DNA from: Candidatus Poribacteria bacterium
GTDB lineage: Bacteria > Poribacteria > WGA-4E > JAJDTR01
Assembly (NCBI GenBank): GCA_965222225.1
Contig: CBDCTK010000002.1
Location: forward strand, 2,400,001-2,464,000
Direction: 5' to 3'
Length of the DNA stretch: 64,000 nt
The position numbers and the translations under genes were made by a program. Every line of letters starts with the position of its first letter. The first letter of the stretch is position 1. The notes under the pieces are model-generated. The model made no database searches and had not been told where the DNA came from. It was given only the letters and a program-made list of their open reading frames with translations. This document shows positions 1-10,055 of this stretch, one piece after another.

Positions 1-911
1 CAACGAATTCGCTTGTAGGCGTGTCCGTTTGCCGGATTCACCACCCACGCTCCCATATCACCCGGCAACGATGCTGTAGACGATTTCGCAGAGACTTCGA
101 CTCGACCAGCCGCCACATCCGCGAGAGTCGGTCGCCTTTCAAGCGTGAAAATCAAATCCTCTTTGTTCTCTCCTTTTCTTAGCAGGAACGGCTCCGCTGT
201 CGGAGTAAATCCCTGATAGTTCACCGTCACCGTGTAGAACGCCGTCTCATCCAGATGGTACACGAAGTAGCCCTCGGCGTCCGTCTCATTGGAGGAACTT
301 GAGCTACCGCTGCCCCTCCCGTCCGGAGAGCGATGGCGCTCGCTGATGTCAATTCTCGCGCTGGAAAGGGGAGTTCCGTCGGCGAACACTATTCTCCCCC
401 GAATGTACTGCCGAGACTTCACTCTGACTTCAACGTTCTCAATGTGCGCGTCCGGTTTGATAGCAAACACAATTCCGCCAAACGCCGATGGTTGATGATG
501 ATACACGGTCAACGCCCCGACTTTCATGGATAGAATGTCGTGGCTAGTCCCGGAATCGTGGTCAGACTTGGAGACAAGTGCTAATCGGAGCTTCAGCGGA
601 ACGATGTTGTGGATGGAGAAACGCCCCATTTTGTCCGTGCGTGATTCTAAGCCCGCGATGTCTCCTTGATATTGATACTCCCTACCACTAACGATCTCAA
701 CGGATTGAAGGGGAATCGGTTCAAGGGTTAACCCCAATCCGGGGACCGGGTTGCCCATCAAATCAAGGACACGACCGGATAGTGAAGAAGTGGCTTTCAG
801 AGCGATACTTTGTGCCGATGCCACGAGCAACAATGCCACAATGCCCGAGAATAGCCACAGGTTTTCTCGCATCGGCAGTGGGAACCAATTCTTGAAATGT
901 GAACAGTTCAT
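1..911 (-). CDS. Exported protein with carboxypeptidase-regulatory-like domains and the start of a C-type lectin domain; runs off the window edge
   Basis: Manual translation MNCSHFKNWFPLPMRENLWLFSGIVALLLVASAQS...LSGRVLDLMGNPVPG...IRGRIVFADGTPL...GAWVVNPANGHAYK. Collinear with the C-terminal half of the 990-3185 protein; AAAGGGGG RBS upstream. Not in the ORF track because it has no stop in the window. Confidence 0.85.
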   Translation of the reverse strand, partial: MNCSHFKNWFPLPMRENLWLFSGIVALLLVASAQSIALKATSSLSGRVLDLMGNPVPGLGLTLEPIPLQSVEIVSGREYQYQGDIAGLESRTDKMGRFSIHNIVPLKLRLALVSKSDHDSGTSHDILSMKVGALTVYHHQPSAFGGIVFAIKPDAHIENVEVRVKSRQYIRGRIVFADGTPLSSARIDISERHRSPDGRGSGSSSSSNETDAEGYFVYHLDETAFYTVTVNYQGFTPTAEPFLLRKGENKEDLIFTLERRPTLADVAAGRVEVSAKSSTASLPGDMGAWVVNPANGHAYKRIR

Positions 912-989
912 GACAGATGCCCCCCTTTGGGTAGTTGGTCGTGAACGGTGCTTAAGGTTCATGTAGTTGAACAACGTGAACTTGGCGGT

Positions 990-3185
990 TCACCGACTCG
1001 TGGTTGGCGTCGGGGACGGACCGTCCTTTTCGATGATAGCCATTTGCGTCAGCTGCCACTCTGGGGTTTCGGAGCCAACGTCGTACCATTTCCCGTCCGA
1101 GGTGAGCCCCATGAAGACATGATCTTCTTTGCCCCAGTCGGTGTCCTTCGGCTCATTCGGAGCCCAGTTAGTGTAGGTAATCGGCTCGCCGTTTGCCCAT
1201 CGCCATTCGCCCTTTTTCTCCACATCGGTTAGTCCGATCCAATAGGGCGCGGTCCCAAAGATTTTCACAAGCCATTCCTGCTCCGCGGCATCGTTAATCG
1301 AGACCAAATGCGCCTCTTCGTTAATCGCTTGCGCTTGGGCATCTTCCCAACGCTCGCATTGAACGCTCTTATAGGCGTGTCCATTTGCAGGATTCATCAC
1401 CCATGCACCGTCACGGTTCGGCTCAACCTGATTGGGAATTGGCTTGATAGGAGTTGGCTCAATGGGAATCGGTTGGCTGTCAAGCGTGATGATCAAGTCA
1501 TCGCGCCGTTGATTAGCTCCGAGCGCAAACCGCTCCGAGCTTGCCGAAAGCCCTTGAAATTCGACCGCAACCATGTAAAACGCAGGCTTCTCCACATAGC
1601 GCACAAAGTAACCTTGATCGTCTGTTCGAGGCGCTCCTCCTCTACTCCCCGTACCCGTGCCATCAAAATCTCGATATCTTACTCTGATCTGAACTTTGGC
1701 GTTGGCAAGCGGCGTGCCATCGGCGAAAACGATTTGACCTCGAATTCGCATTCGAGGCCTCACTGTGATTTCAACATTTTCGAGATGCGTCCCCGGCTCG
1801 ATGGTAAATGTAATTCCGCCAAAAGGAGCACGTTCCGGGCTGAAGGGATAGAAAGTCATCACCCCGATGTCAATCGATAAAACTTCGGCATCGGCAAGAT
1901 TGTCTTCATTAAAATCATATGGCGGGATGTCGCCGCCATCAATATAGTTAGGTAGTGGAATGAATTGAATAGGGCCGGGTTTAACGCCAGAGATTGAAAA
2001 ACGTCCCTCTTCATCCGTATCCGATTTGAGCGTTGCCGCTTGCGCGTTTCCATTGAACTCCCCAAACATGAAGAATGGCTGAATTTCCTCATCAATGGAC
2101 ATAAGTGGTCCAACAGCTATCGGGAACCCAGCCATCGGATTTCCATCGGTGTCAACAACGCGGCCGGAAAAGGCAAGTTTATCGGAATCACTCTCCAATA
2201 CAGCCGCCGCGAATTGCGGATTAGCGCGTTTCGTGCCGCTAGCTCTGGATGTGCTCCCTCGGTCAATTGACTGACGGCTTTGCTCCGCGGAGGCGCGGCT
2301 GGAAACACCCAGCGGACGCTTCCCCGTCGGTTCCGGAATACCCGGGATTGATGCGCGCGTCGAATAAGAAACTGGCTCAAGAAGTGCGAACTCGATTGGT
2401 AATCGGCTCGTGTTTGATGTAGACAACCCGATCTGGATTGCTGACAACGCTTCCGGCAAATCGTCCCGCGATCCAATAAGTCCAATCAAGATGCACAATG
2501 CCGTAATCAGCGAAAATACGGTCTTGTCAACGGTTGCGCTGCTCCACGCAAACCCCATCGTTAGTACCGGTATATGGCGAATCTGCTCCATTATCTGCAT
2601 GAGAAAACCTCCTCTAAGTTTGTGACTCTTCAACAGTCTACCGTACTGTTCAGACAGCGCTCTACCAAGTTGCTGACGCGCGCGATGTAACTTGCCCCTC
2701 ACGGTGTTAACGGAGACGCCGAGAAACTCGGAGATTTCTTTTAGTGAACAGTCCCCCATGTAGAACATCAACACGGCGACCCGATTTTCGTCGGAAAGCG
2801 CCGCGATTGCCTGCTCAAGGTCTGCACGCCAGTCCTCAGCGGGAACGGTCTGTGCGGGTTCAACCCGTGGTTCATCGTCCGCCGCGTCCGCCAGAAGTAC
2901 TTCGCGCTGACGTGTTTTCGCAGCCCGTGCCAACCAGCGGTTGCATTCGTTGGACACGATTGTATACAGCCAGCTTCGGAACCGATGCGGGTGGCGTAGT
3001 GCATAGAGATTGCGATAGGCGCGTAGGAAAACCTCTTGCATAACATCCTGCGCATCAGCCTCGTTTCTCACCTTCTGAAAGGCGTACGCGAAGACCATCT
3101 CCTGATACCTGTGCACGAGGATACCGAAGGCATCTCGATCTCCCGCAAGTGTTCGGGAGACTATCTGTTCGTCGGCTGGATACAT
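990..3185 (-). CDS. ECF sigma-70 factor fused to a TM helix, carboxypeptidase-regulatory-like domains and a C-type lectin domain
   Basis: Region 2 (DAQDVMQEVFLRAY...FRSWLY) and region 4 (SLKEISEFLGVSVNTVRGKLHRAR); TM VFSLITALCILIGLIG; FSGRVVDTDGNP repeats; lectin motifs HLVSINDAAEQEWL, WIGLTD, WAPNEP. Start placed at MYPADEQ after GGGGTG. Confidence 0.9.
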   Translation of the reverse strand: MYPADEQIVSRTLAGDRDAFGILVHRYQEMVFAYAFQKVRNEADAQDVMQEVFLRAYRNLYALRHPHRFRSWLYTIVSNECNRWLARAAKTRQREVLLADAADDEPRVEPAQTVPAEDWRADLEQAIAALSDENRVAVLMFYMGDCSLKEISEFLGVSVNTVRGKLHRARQQLGRALSEQYGRLLKSHKLRGGFLMQIMEQIRHIPVLTMGFAWSSATVDKTVFSLITALCILIGLIGSRDDLPEALSAIQIGLSTSNTSRLPIEFALLEPVSYSTRASIPGIPEPTGKRPLGVSSRASAEQSRQSIDRGSTSRASGTKRANPQFAAAVLESDSDKLAFSGRVVDTDGNPMAGFPIAVGPLMSIDEEIQPFFMFGEFNGNAQAATLKSDTDEEGRFSISGVKPGPIQFIPLPNYIDGGDIPPYDFNEDNLADAEVLSIDIGVMTFYPFSPERAPFGGITFTIEPGTHLENVEITVRPRMRIRGQIVFADGTPLANAKVQIRVRYRDFDGTGTGSRGGAPRTDDQGYFVRYVEKPAFYMVAVEFQGLSASSERFALGANQRRDDLIITLDSQPIPIEPTPIKPIPNQVEPNRDGAWVMNPANGHAYKSVQCERWEDAQAQAINEEAHLVSINDAAEQEWLVKIFGTAPYWIGLTDVEKKGEWRWANGEPITYTNWAPNEPKDTDWGKEDHVFMGLTSDGKWYDVGSETPEWQLTQMAIIEKDGPSPTPTTSR

Positions 3186-3247
3186 AACATGCACCCCATC
3201 GAAAAACGAATCCATAGCCACCGCAATGGATTGAACAAAATCGTTAA

Positions 3248-3275
3248 TTAGACCCTCGGAACGACCAAAATGTTA
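3248..3275 (-). promoter_or_regulatory. Putative ECF-type (autoregulatory) promoter
   Basis: Minus strand TAACATT-N16-TCTAA upstream of the sigma gene, resembling the sigmaE-type GAACTT-N16-TCTAA layout. Confidence 0.4.
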
Positions 3276-3441
3276 TGCCGTAACAGAAAAAAGATTTAAG
3301 TGTCCCCCTCTGACTGAAGTTAAGCCATATCTGACAGATATGTGGGGGCGTATGGACGCTCCTTCCTAAACATGTGCACAATGCGGTGTCAGATGAATCC
3401 GTCATGACGCAAAATCACATGCACTGCGCTGTAATTTTATC

Positions 3442-3469
3442 GTAGGGAACGCAGATTTGCGTTCCCTAC
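3442..3469 (+). repeat. REP palindrome GTAGGGAACGCAGATTTGCGTTCCCTAC
   Basis: 28-nt near-perfect palindrome with GTAG end; second copy at 29901-29928; related interrupted copy at 58748-58810. Confidence 0.8.
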
Positions 3470-3667
3470 TACGGCAGGAGATATAATATTGTCTTGAAGG
3501 ACTAATCCGGTAGATATTATAATACGGATTCCGCGTGTGTTTGTAATCGAATCGAATATCACTCGGTTTGAATTAGCCAATCAGAAGGAGGGACACGGGT
3601 GGCTCGAACCTAACGTCACCCACGGTGGAAGAAGGAACCAGAAAAGGCTGAAGGGAGAAAGACAACC

Positions 3668-4509
3668 ATGGGACATCCACTGCTAGAAGTTGACCGCATC
3701 GACCAAGAACCCAATCGCTATCTCCACACCATCGGCGATGTATTCGCGGTTTTTGACGAAGCAATACAGGACTCCGGGAACATCTCCTACGGTATACGGG
3801 ATGAGGGGGGACGTTATTTCGTAAAAACAGCCGGACGCCCGGATAATCCGGACCCCTATCTGAGTCACACCGAACGGGTATCCATGCTCCGCAACGCTGT
3901 CCACCTGTGGCGGGGTTGTAGGTACCATACGCTGCCGGCGCTCCATCAGGTCGTCGAGCCGCCTACTGGTCCGCTGCTAGTCTATCAATGGGTGAACGGC
4001 GAACTTGTCCGTACCGACGCTGCAACACGCGACCATCCGCAATCAACCTTTCAACGTTTTAGACAACTCCCGACCTAAGAGATTTTACACGTCCTTGACC
4101 AAGTTTACGAATTACACTATCAACTTGCACAAGTGGGTTGGATTGCGGTCGATTTCTACGACGGTTGCATGATCTACGACTTTAACCATCAGGAATTTCA
4201 CGTTGTAGACTTGGACCTTTACCGTGAGGCACCGTTTGTAAATGAGATGGGAAGGATGTTCGGCTCAACCCGCTTTTGGCACCCGAAGAGCTTGAGTTGG
4301 GTGCATCAATCGACGAACGTACCAATGTGTTCACCATGGGGCGAACCGCAGCCGTGTTTCTGTCGGATGGGACGCTAAATCGCGGACCGTTTCGCGGCAG
4401 TGATGCGCAGTACGAGGTTATACGTCGTGCCTGCCGGGACAATCGGAATGAACGCTTTGATTTGATGGGGGCATTCTATCGCGCGTGGGGGCAGGCGCGT
4501 CGCGAATAA
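3668..4509 (+). pseudogene. Ser/Thr kinase-like protein, disrupted
   Basis: YFVKTAG, WIAVDFYDG, VVDLD and MFGSTRF(M)APEE motifs over three ORFs; in-frame TAA at 4076-4078 and a 1-nt deletion near 4275. Confidence 0.8.
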
Positions 4510-4537
4510 TCTCGCATGAATTGGAAGGTCCGGCAGT

Positions 4538-6894
4538 TCAATCCGCGAGGAGAGCCTGAACCCGCTCTTGAAGATTTAAGGGATAAGCGATGTCCGCGAC
4601 CTCGCCTTTCCGGTCAATGAGAATAACCGGATCGCCCCAGCCGACAGCGTAGCGGTCAAAGGTTTCGCCTCTTGCATAGATAGTCTTTGTCCTGCTGTCC
4701 AGAGCGCAACGGGGTAGATGAGCGACTTTTCTCTGATAAGACGTTTGGCAACCTCGACTTCTGCCGCGGCGGGACAAACGGCGATGCAGACAAGCCCTTT
4801 CTTCCGATAGGCTTTCTGTAAGAAATTCAACACGTCTATGCAGAGTAGGTTGTCCGAGTCTCCCAGATCCCAGAAATATAGGGCGATTGTCTTTCCCTTC
4901 AAATCTCCGATGGATACGGGGAAACCCGACAACCACTCTGCAACCTTCAACTCCGGTTCAGGCTTGCCTATCAAGGATTTGATTCGTTCCTCTGCCTCCT
5001 CCGTGTACACCTGCTGCGCTTGATGCGTTGCTCTCTGCTGCCGTGCCGACCCGCCCGGTTGCCCGGGTAGCAAGGTGATATCCGCAATTTGGGACATCTC
5101 CTTTGTCGCGGTGAACCTGCCGGTTGCCGCACCAAAATTCTCCTCCGTGTATGGGTGACCGTGAATGATGTACTCTTCGCCTATCATAAGCCTGACTTCA
5201 CGGTATCGACCATCGTTGTCCGTCACGGCAACGTTTGTGCCGACCGTTGATCTTCCCTGATTATCCCACTGGGATAGAACGATGATCACACCGGGAATCG
5301 GTTTTCCGTTTTGGTCGACCACTCGTCCGGAGACCTCAATCTGCTCGTACCGTTCCATCCGAATTTCAACCGCCCTTCCAGGCTGGACCTCCGCCTCTGC
5401 CATGCCGTGCAATCCACGTTCAACATGTTCCGCTTTGAGGAGCAGTAGCTGCCCCGCTCGAAGCCCGCGAACAATGTATTCTCCCTTTTCGTCAGATTTC
5501 ATGCCATGCAACTTGTCCATTCCCCATTGGTCAGTAATCCACGCATCCGCTACCGGCTCGCCAGCCACCGTTAATGTGCGAATAACCAACTCAATGCCCG
5601 TAGAGAATTGAAAATCAACGGTGACAGTTTCGCCCTCAATGACATCCGCACTTCTCGATACTTCGCCGATGTCTTCATAATCCCGCGGTGCACTGGCAAA
5701 TACGAGCGCCCGTCCCGGAGCGGCGTGGATTTGATAGGCGCCGGTTTCGTCCGTAGCGGCACTGTAACGCCTCCCCAGAGATTCGGGATGGGCGGCGTCG
5801 TGAAGAAAGACATTGTGGTTGGCAATCGGCTCGCCGGTGTCCGGCTCGGTCACTCGACCGGTGATAACGCCGCACCGAATTAAACTGAGGTTTACATCGG
5901 ATACGGTCTGCCCCTCAACGACCAAAATACGTCCCTTGGGTACAGCCGTCCAACCTTCGGGCGCTACGCCAAGATAGAGGTTGTACAAGCCGGGAGGCAG
6001 GTTTTTCACGACGAAAACTCCGTTTTCATCAACATTTGCGTCCTCTCTCCCATGGAACAAATCGATCCCATTGGCCATAACGGTCGCGTTTTTTACCGGC
6101 GCGCCGATATCGGCGTAACTGAGACGTCCCTTGATTCTGCCTTCGCGCTTTAGCAGTATCTCAAGCCCTTTAGCACCAACCGGCACCCCGATGCGTTCAG
6201 CCTTTGCGTACCCGGGCGCCCGGATATAGAGCATTGTCATAGCGCTTTGAGGTAGATTACGGAAAACAAACTCCCCCCTCTCATCGGTTTCGGCAGGCGG
6301 CATATGATGAAAAATGTTCAGCATGGAATAATCCACGCGATGAGGCGATGTCCGGTCTCCACTCATCAAGAGTTGAATCCTTACCTCCGAACTCAGTATG
6401 GGTTCGCTGGAGGAGTCCAGGACCCGCCCGGAGATTGTACCCGGCGCGTTGAGTTGAATCTCAATATCCGTCGTGTCGTCGAGAGGCAATTTCCGCCAAT
6501 GGTTAGCGAAATCGGCGTGTGTAATGAGGATTTTCAAGCGCCCATCCAACTTCCCAGGATCGGGACGCGGCATCTCAAAGCTGAACGTCCCATCCGTTGC
6601 TGTGCGAGTGACGAGTTGAGTGGCCTCCCAATTCACCGCGTATCGAATCTCCACATCTTCTATCGGCTCCCCCTTGTTGTTAACGACGCGACCCGAGAAG
6701 GTTAATTTTTCCGAGGCATTCTCCGCGGCTGTGGCTAAGGATTGTAGACCGAGGTTCGTTCCACCACCGCTAAGTAGTGTAAGCAAAACATAGGCACTTG
6801 CGATTAGCGGGAATAGAGTTTTGCGGACAGATGAACGCCCCACGGATGTCATCGCCGATCCCCATGTTAGCCGAATCTGCTCCGTTATCTGCAT
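4538..6894 (-). pseudogene. Membrane-anchored protein with carboxypeptidase-regulatory-like repeats and a C-terminal TlpA/thioredoxin-like domain; frameshift near 4705
   Basis: Start MQITEQIR after AGAGGAGG; TM helix; repeated SGRVxD units; GKPEPELKVAEWL...LKGKTIALYFW. The natural C-terminus (ALDSRTK...VILIDRKGEV...ALLAD) lies in another frame ending at 4538. Confidence 0.8.
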
Positions 6895-7221
6895 GAGAAT
6901 ACCTCCTCTGAGATTGTGGCTCTCAACAGTCTTCCGTAGTGTTGGGACACGGCACTCCCAAGTTTGCCCTTGAAGACGAATTAGCGTGTACATAGGTTGA
7001 ATTCATGAAAGTGTGAGAAGGTGGGAAATCAGGGGAAAAACTGAAATAGGAAAAAAACTACGGGGCAATCGCGGGCAAGTGTTCTACGCATCGACCTACA
7101 ATTCTGGCAGAATCGAAATCTGATGGTTTTCAATGAAGTCAGGCATAATTCCAATTTGAAAGCGCCAGTGGCGCCGCAGGTGTAGAGAACGCTGAGTCGC
7201 CTCACATCAAAGCCCAGCGGG

Positions 7222-7291
7222 GATCAGGCGAGTGGATAGATCAAAGAAGTGAATAGCGACCGCCAAAGAGATCCCGTGCGATTGAAATCCT
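7222..7291 (+). mobile_element. Nested pair of 37-nt GATCAA...ATCCC micro-elements
   Basis: Inner copy 7239-7275 GATCAAAGAAGTGAATAGCGACCGCCAAAGAGATCCC sits inside an outer copy, which sits inside an AGCCC(C)AG.GGGG..ACAG REP. Confidence 0.65.
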
Positions 7292-7414
7292 ACAGATTGC
7301 ACTATATCGGACACCACTGACGCCTCTATCAATAGTCAAACAAATAGACCGGCGGCTGAATCTCCCGCGCTTTTCTCCAACGCTTGATTGACACCGTCTG
7401 CTATACCGCTTAAA

Positions 7415-7433
7415 TGTGCAAAGTCGAGCTAAG
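7415..7433. mobile_element. Lone terminal repeat of the MITE family at 55959-56215
   Basis: TGTGCAAAGTCGAG followed by CTAAG matches TGTACAAAGTCGAG-CTAAG at 56202-56220. Confidence 0.6.
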
Positions 7434-7648
7434 AAATCTAATTCGTGAAACAAAGCGAATAACAGCATCAATCAAAAATACCCGACCACGGGACAAAAGG
7501 CAATCGGGCATTCAGAGATGACAGGTGGAGATTTACCAGTTAACCTGCTATTACACTTGACACATCTCGCAATGAACGTATAAAAGTCGTTTATACGTTT
7601 TACCCCCTTTCAAGGAATTGGCGTGAGTGTTTGTGCGCACTCGCGCCT

Positions 7649-8623
7649 TTATTGTTTAACGCCTACCTTTAACCTTCCCCAAGTTGTAATCAGCCTATCA
7701 ACTGAATTAACAGATCGCGGCATAGGCTGGTACCACTCCGGCTGATAACTTGAATCTTCGTGGAGTTGTAGGAACGGTTTGGTTATTCCACTTGTAATAT
7801 CTACCATATAGGTTCTAAGTTGTAAATCATCCCTAGTGGAGTGAAATAGAACCTTATCACTATCTGGTGACCATGTAGGGTGTCCATCTATATCTGAGAG
7901 ATGGTCACGTGGCTTGATACCAGTCAATTTCCTCTGATTCCCGCTTTCGATATTTATCATCCAAATCCTAGCAGTAGATACATAGGCAATCTTCTCACCG
8001 TCCGGTGACCATGTCGGGGAACGTTTATATCCAGAGTCAAATGTTAACTGCTTTGGATTCTGTCCGTTACTATCCATTATGAAAATCTGATCAGTATTTG
8101 TTCTACCAGAAACAAACGCTATCTTCGAGCCCCCAGGTGACCAACAGGGTTGCATGTTACCTGCCCCAGTGAGGCTTTGTCTGTTATTTCCGTTAATATC
8201 TATCACACAGATTTGAAAGCGTTGAATTTCAGACTTAGCATTGACAGATTCTTTGTGTTTAGAGTGATACGCAATTCTGTTTCCATCTGGTGACCAAGCT
8301 GGGCTGTCTGCACTAATTTCATCTGTTAATTTGGTTCTATTCCTACGATTAGTATCAATGAGCCAGATTTGAGATGTGCCATTTCTACTAGATTTAAATG
8401 CTATCCTTTTACCGTCGGGTGACCAAGTAGGATTCGTATCAGTTGATGGGTGTATTGTTAATTGCCTTACATCACGGCCATCACCATTTGAAAAGTAAAT
8501 ATCTGGTTTTTCATCAGCTACAGTGCTAGTAAAAGCAACCATTGATTTAGGAACAGCATAACTATTGTCTGCAATCTGAAATACTAGCAAAACTAGAATG
8601 GTGGCAGTGAATTGCTTATTCAT
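7649..8623 (-). CDS. Exported TolB-like (PD40 repeat) beta-propeller protein with C-terminal TTW tail
   Basis: Signal peptide MNKQFTATILVLLVFQIA; five PxWSPD/G repeats; ends SVNSVDRLITTWGRLKVGVKQ. Confidence 0.88.
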   Translation of the reverse strand: MNKQFTATILVLLVFQIADNSYAVPKSMVAFTSTVADEKPDIYFSNGDGRDVRQLTIHPSTDTNPTWSPDGKRIAFKSSRNGTSQIWLIDTNRRNRTKLTDEISADSPAWSPDGNRIAYHSKHKESVNAKSEIQRFQICVIDINGNNRQSLTGAGNMQPCWSPGGSKIAFVSGRTNTDQIFIMDSNGQNPKQLTFDSGYKRSPTWSPDGEKIAYVSTARIWMINIESGNQRKLTGIKPRDHLSDIDGHPTWSPDSDKVLFHSTRDDLQLRTYMVDITSGITKPFLQLHEDSSYQPEWYQPMPRSVNSVDRLITTWGRLKVGVKQ

Positions 8624-8784
8624 TTTTCCCTCCCTTGTCATCTTTACGGGTAATCTCACACAGAAGCGAAAGTAGAATATCCTCTATACGCTCAAACCCT
8701 TTTTCGAGGGTGCGCTGTATTCCGTAAGTGGCTATTGCTATGATAATAGTATTAGGATTAATTCATACATAATATCTCTAAATG

Positions 8785-8817
8785 AAAAAGGGCAACGCAC
8801 CAAAGCACGCTGCCCTC
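8785..8817 (-). terminator. Intrinsic terminator after the 9648-8836 gene pair
   Basis: Minus strand AGGGCAGCGTGC-TTTG-GTGCGTTGCCCT followed by a T run. Confidence 0.75.
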
Positions 8818-8835
8818 ATGTTTTGCCTTCCATAC

Positions 8836-9291
8836 CTACTCATCACGATACACCATTGAGTAAGAACCTTCTACCCGAGGAAGTTTGTGAAACCATTGGG
8901 CAGTTTCATAAGCCTCAGTATTCTTTGGGCTTGGAAAGAACAGCGCCAATAGTCTGTGAAACTCCAAACTGTCATCAGGTGTCAAGGGTATGTGATGCCT
9001 CACTTTATCTACCAACGTGAAAAATTCATTGATTTCAGAGATGTCACCGTGTTTTTCTATAAGACTCACTCTTAGCTGACTATCCTCTAAGTGCTCGTCT
9101 TCGGGGCAACAGTTCTGACCATCAAGACTTTTAGCCAGTTCCTTATTATGCTCTGAAACTGCGAAAGATTCTAAAGTTGACAAATCGTTGCTCACGCTTG
9201 TTTCACTGTTTTGGTAGTCAACATAAATCACTGAGCCCACCACAGACAAACATGAAACAGTTATTAGAGCAACGAATGTTGAGGTACGCAT
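8836..9291 (-). CDS. Hypothetical membrane-anchored or exported protein
   Basis: 151-aa ORF, GGGAGGTG RBS, N-terminal hydrophobic segment. Confidence 0.75.
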   Translation of the reverse strand: MRTSTFVALITVSCLSVVGSVIYVDYQNSETSVSNDLSTLESFAVSEHNKELAKSLDGQNCCPEDEHLEDSQLRVSLIEKHGDISEINEFFTLVDKVRHHIPLTPDDSLEFHRLLALFFPSPKNTEAYETAQWFHKLPRVEGSYSMVYRDE

Positions 9292-9321
9292 GATGTTTCA
9301 CCTCCCGTTGAGAGTTTAAAT

Positions 9322-9648
9322 TCAACAGTCACAGTTCGGGATAATGACCGTATCCACTACCTGTTCGTTGTACTCAACAGTAGTACCGTGAGGGTGATCA
9401 TCATCGCAATCTTCATCAGCATTACGATTATGGCACTTCCTACGATGAGGTGAATCAAGTGGCACAAGATTAGTTTGTTCAGTTTGAAAACAGAACTCAC
9501 CTTGCGGGGTTTCATAGTGGATAATCCAAGTCACTCGCTTATACCTGTCATATCCAGCATCTGCGTCCTCGGTTAACAGATTAACGAACGTTAGAATCCC
9601 CAGTGTGAAAAGCAAGCATGTAATCACTGCTGAAACTTTCCTTAACAT
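9322..9648 (-). CDS. Small exported Cys/His-rich hypothetical protein
   Basis: 108-aa ORF, AAGGAG RBS, signal peptide ending ADA; mature part has HRRKCHNR...CDDDHPH and a terminal CDC. Confidence 0.75.
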   Translation of the reverse strand: MLRKVSAVITCLLFTLGILTFVNLLTEDADAGYDRYKRVTWIIHYETPQGEFCFQTEQTNLVPLDSPHRRKCHNRNADEDCDDDHPHGTTVEYNEQVVDTVIIPNCDC

Positions 9649-9838
9649 GATGATTCTCCTTTTCGGTTGTTAGTTAATGCTGCTAATCGTTGCACCCTAT
9701 ATGCAACGTCCTATCAGTTCGTCTCAATGATACTGGTTATAGGTTAAATCGCGGAGAAAGCCGAATGCTCCCCTCGCTTGCGATAACCTTTCGCCTATCG
9801 CGGAACGGCTATCGATTTAAGTTTCACTGATGTACACG

Positions 9839-9855
9839 TGCATGTCTCATGCCAA
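9839..9855 (-). promoter_or_regulatory. Putative sigma-54 promoter
   Basis: Minus strand TTGGCATGAGACATGCA gives GG-N10-GC spacing upstream of the 9648 gene. Confidence 0.55.
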
Positions 9856-10055
9856 AGATCAAAAACACGCCTCGATTCGGTGTCAGTGAAGCCCTTGCGC
9901 TTAGGCGTGATGCGGGTTCAGCGATGTAAATTTTTTCGGAATTAGTAGCTTGTAGCTTTTAGACTGACGACAAACATAAAACTTGGTACCCTGTCGTAAA
10001 TCTTTTCGTCACACGTAGATGTCCATAGTGACTATTCTTCTCGTAGGAGTTTGCT

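Noticed and set aside
7649-8623. Genuine tolB
   Set aside because: It lacks the TolB N-terminal domain and tol-pal neighbours, and carries the TTW tail.
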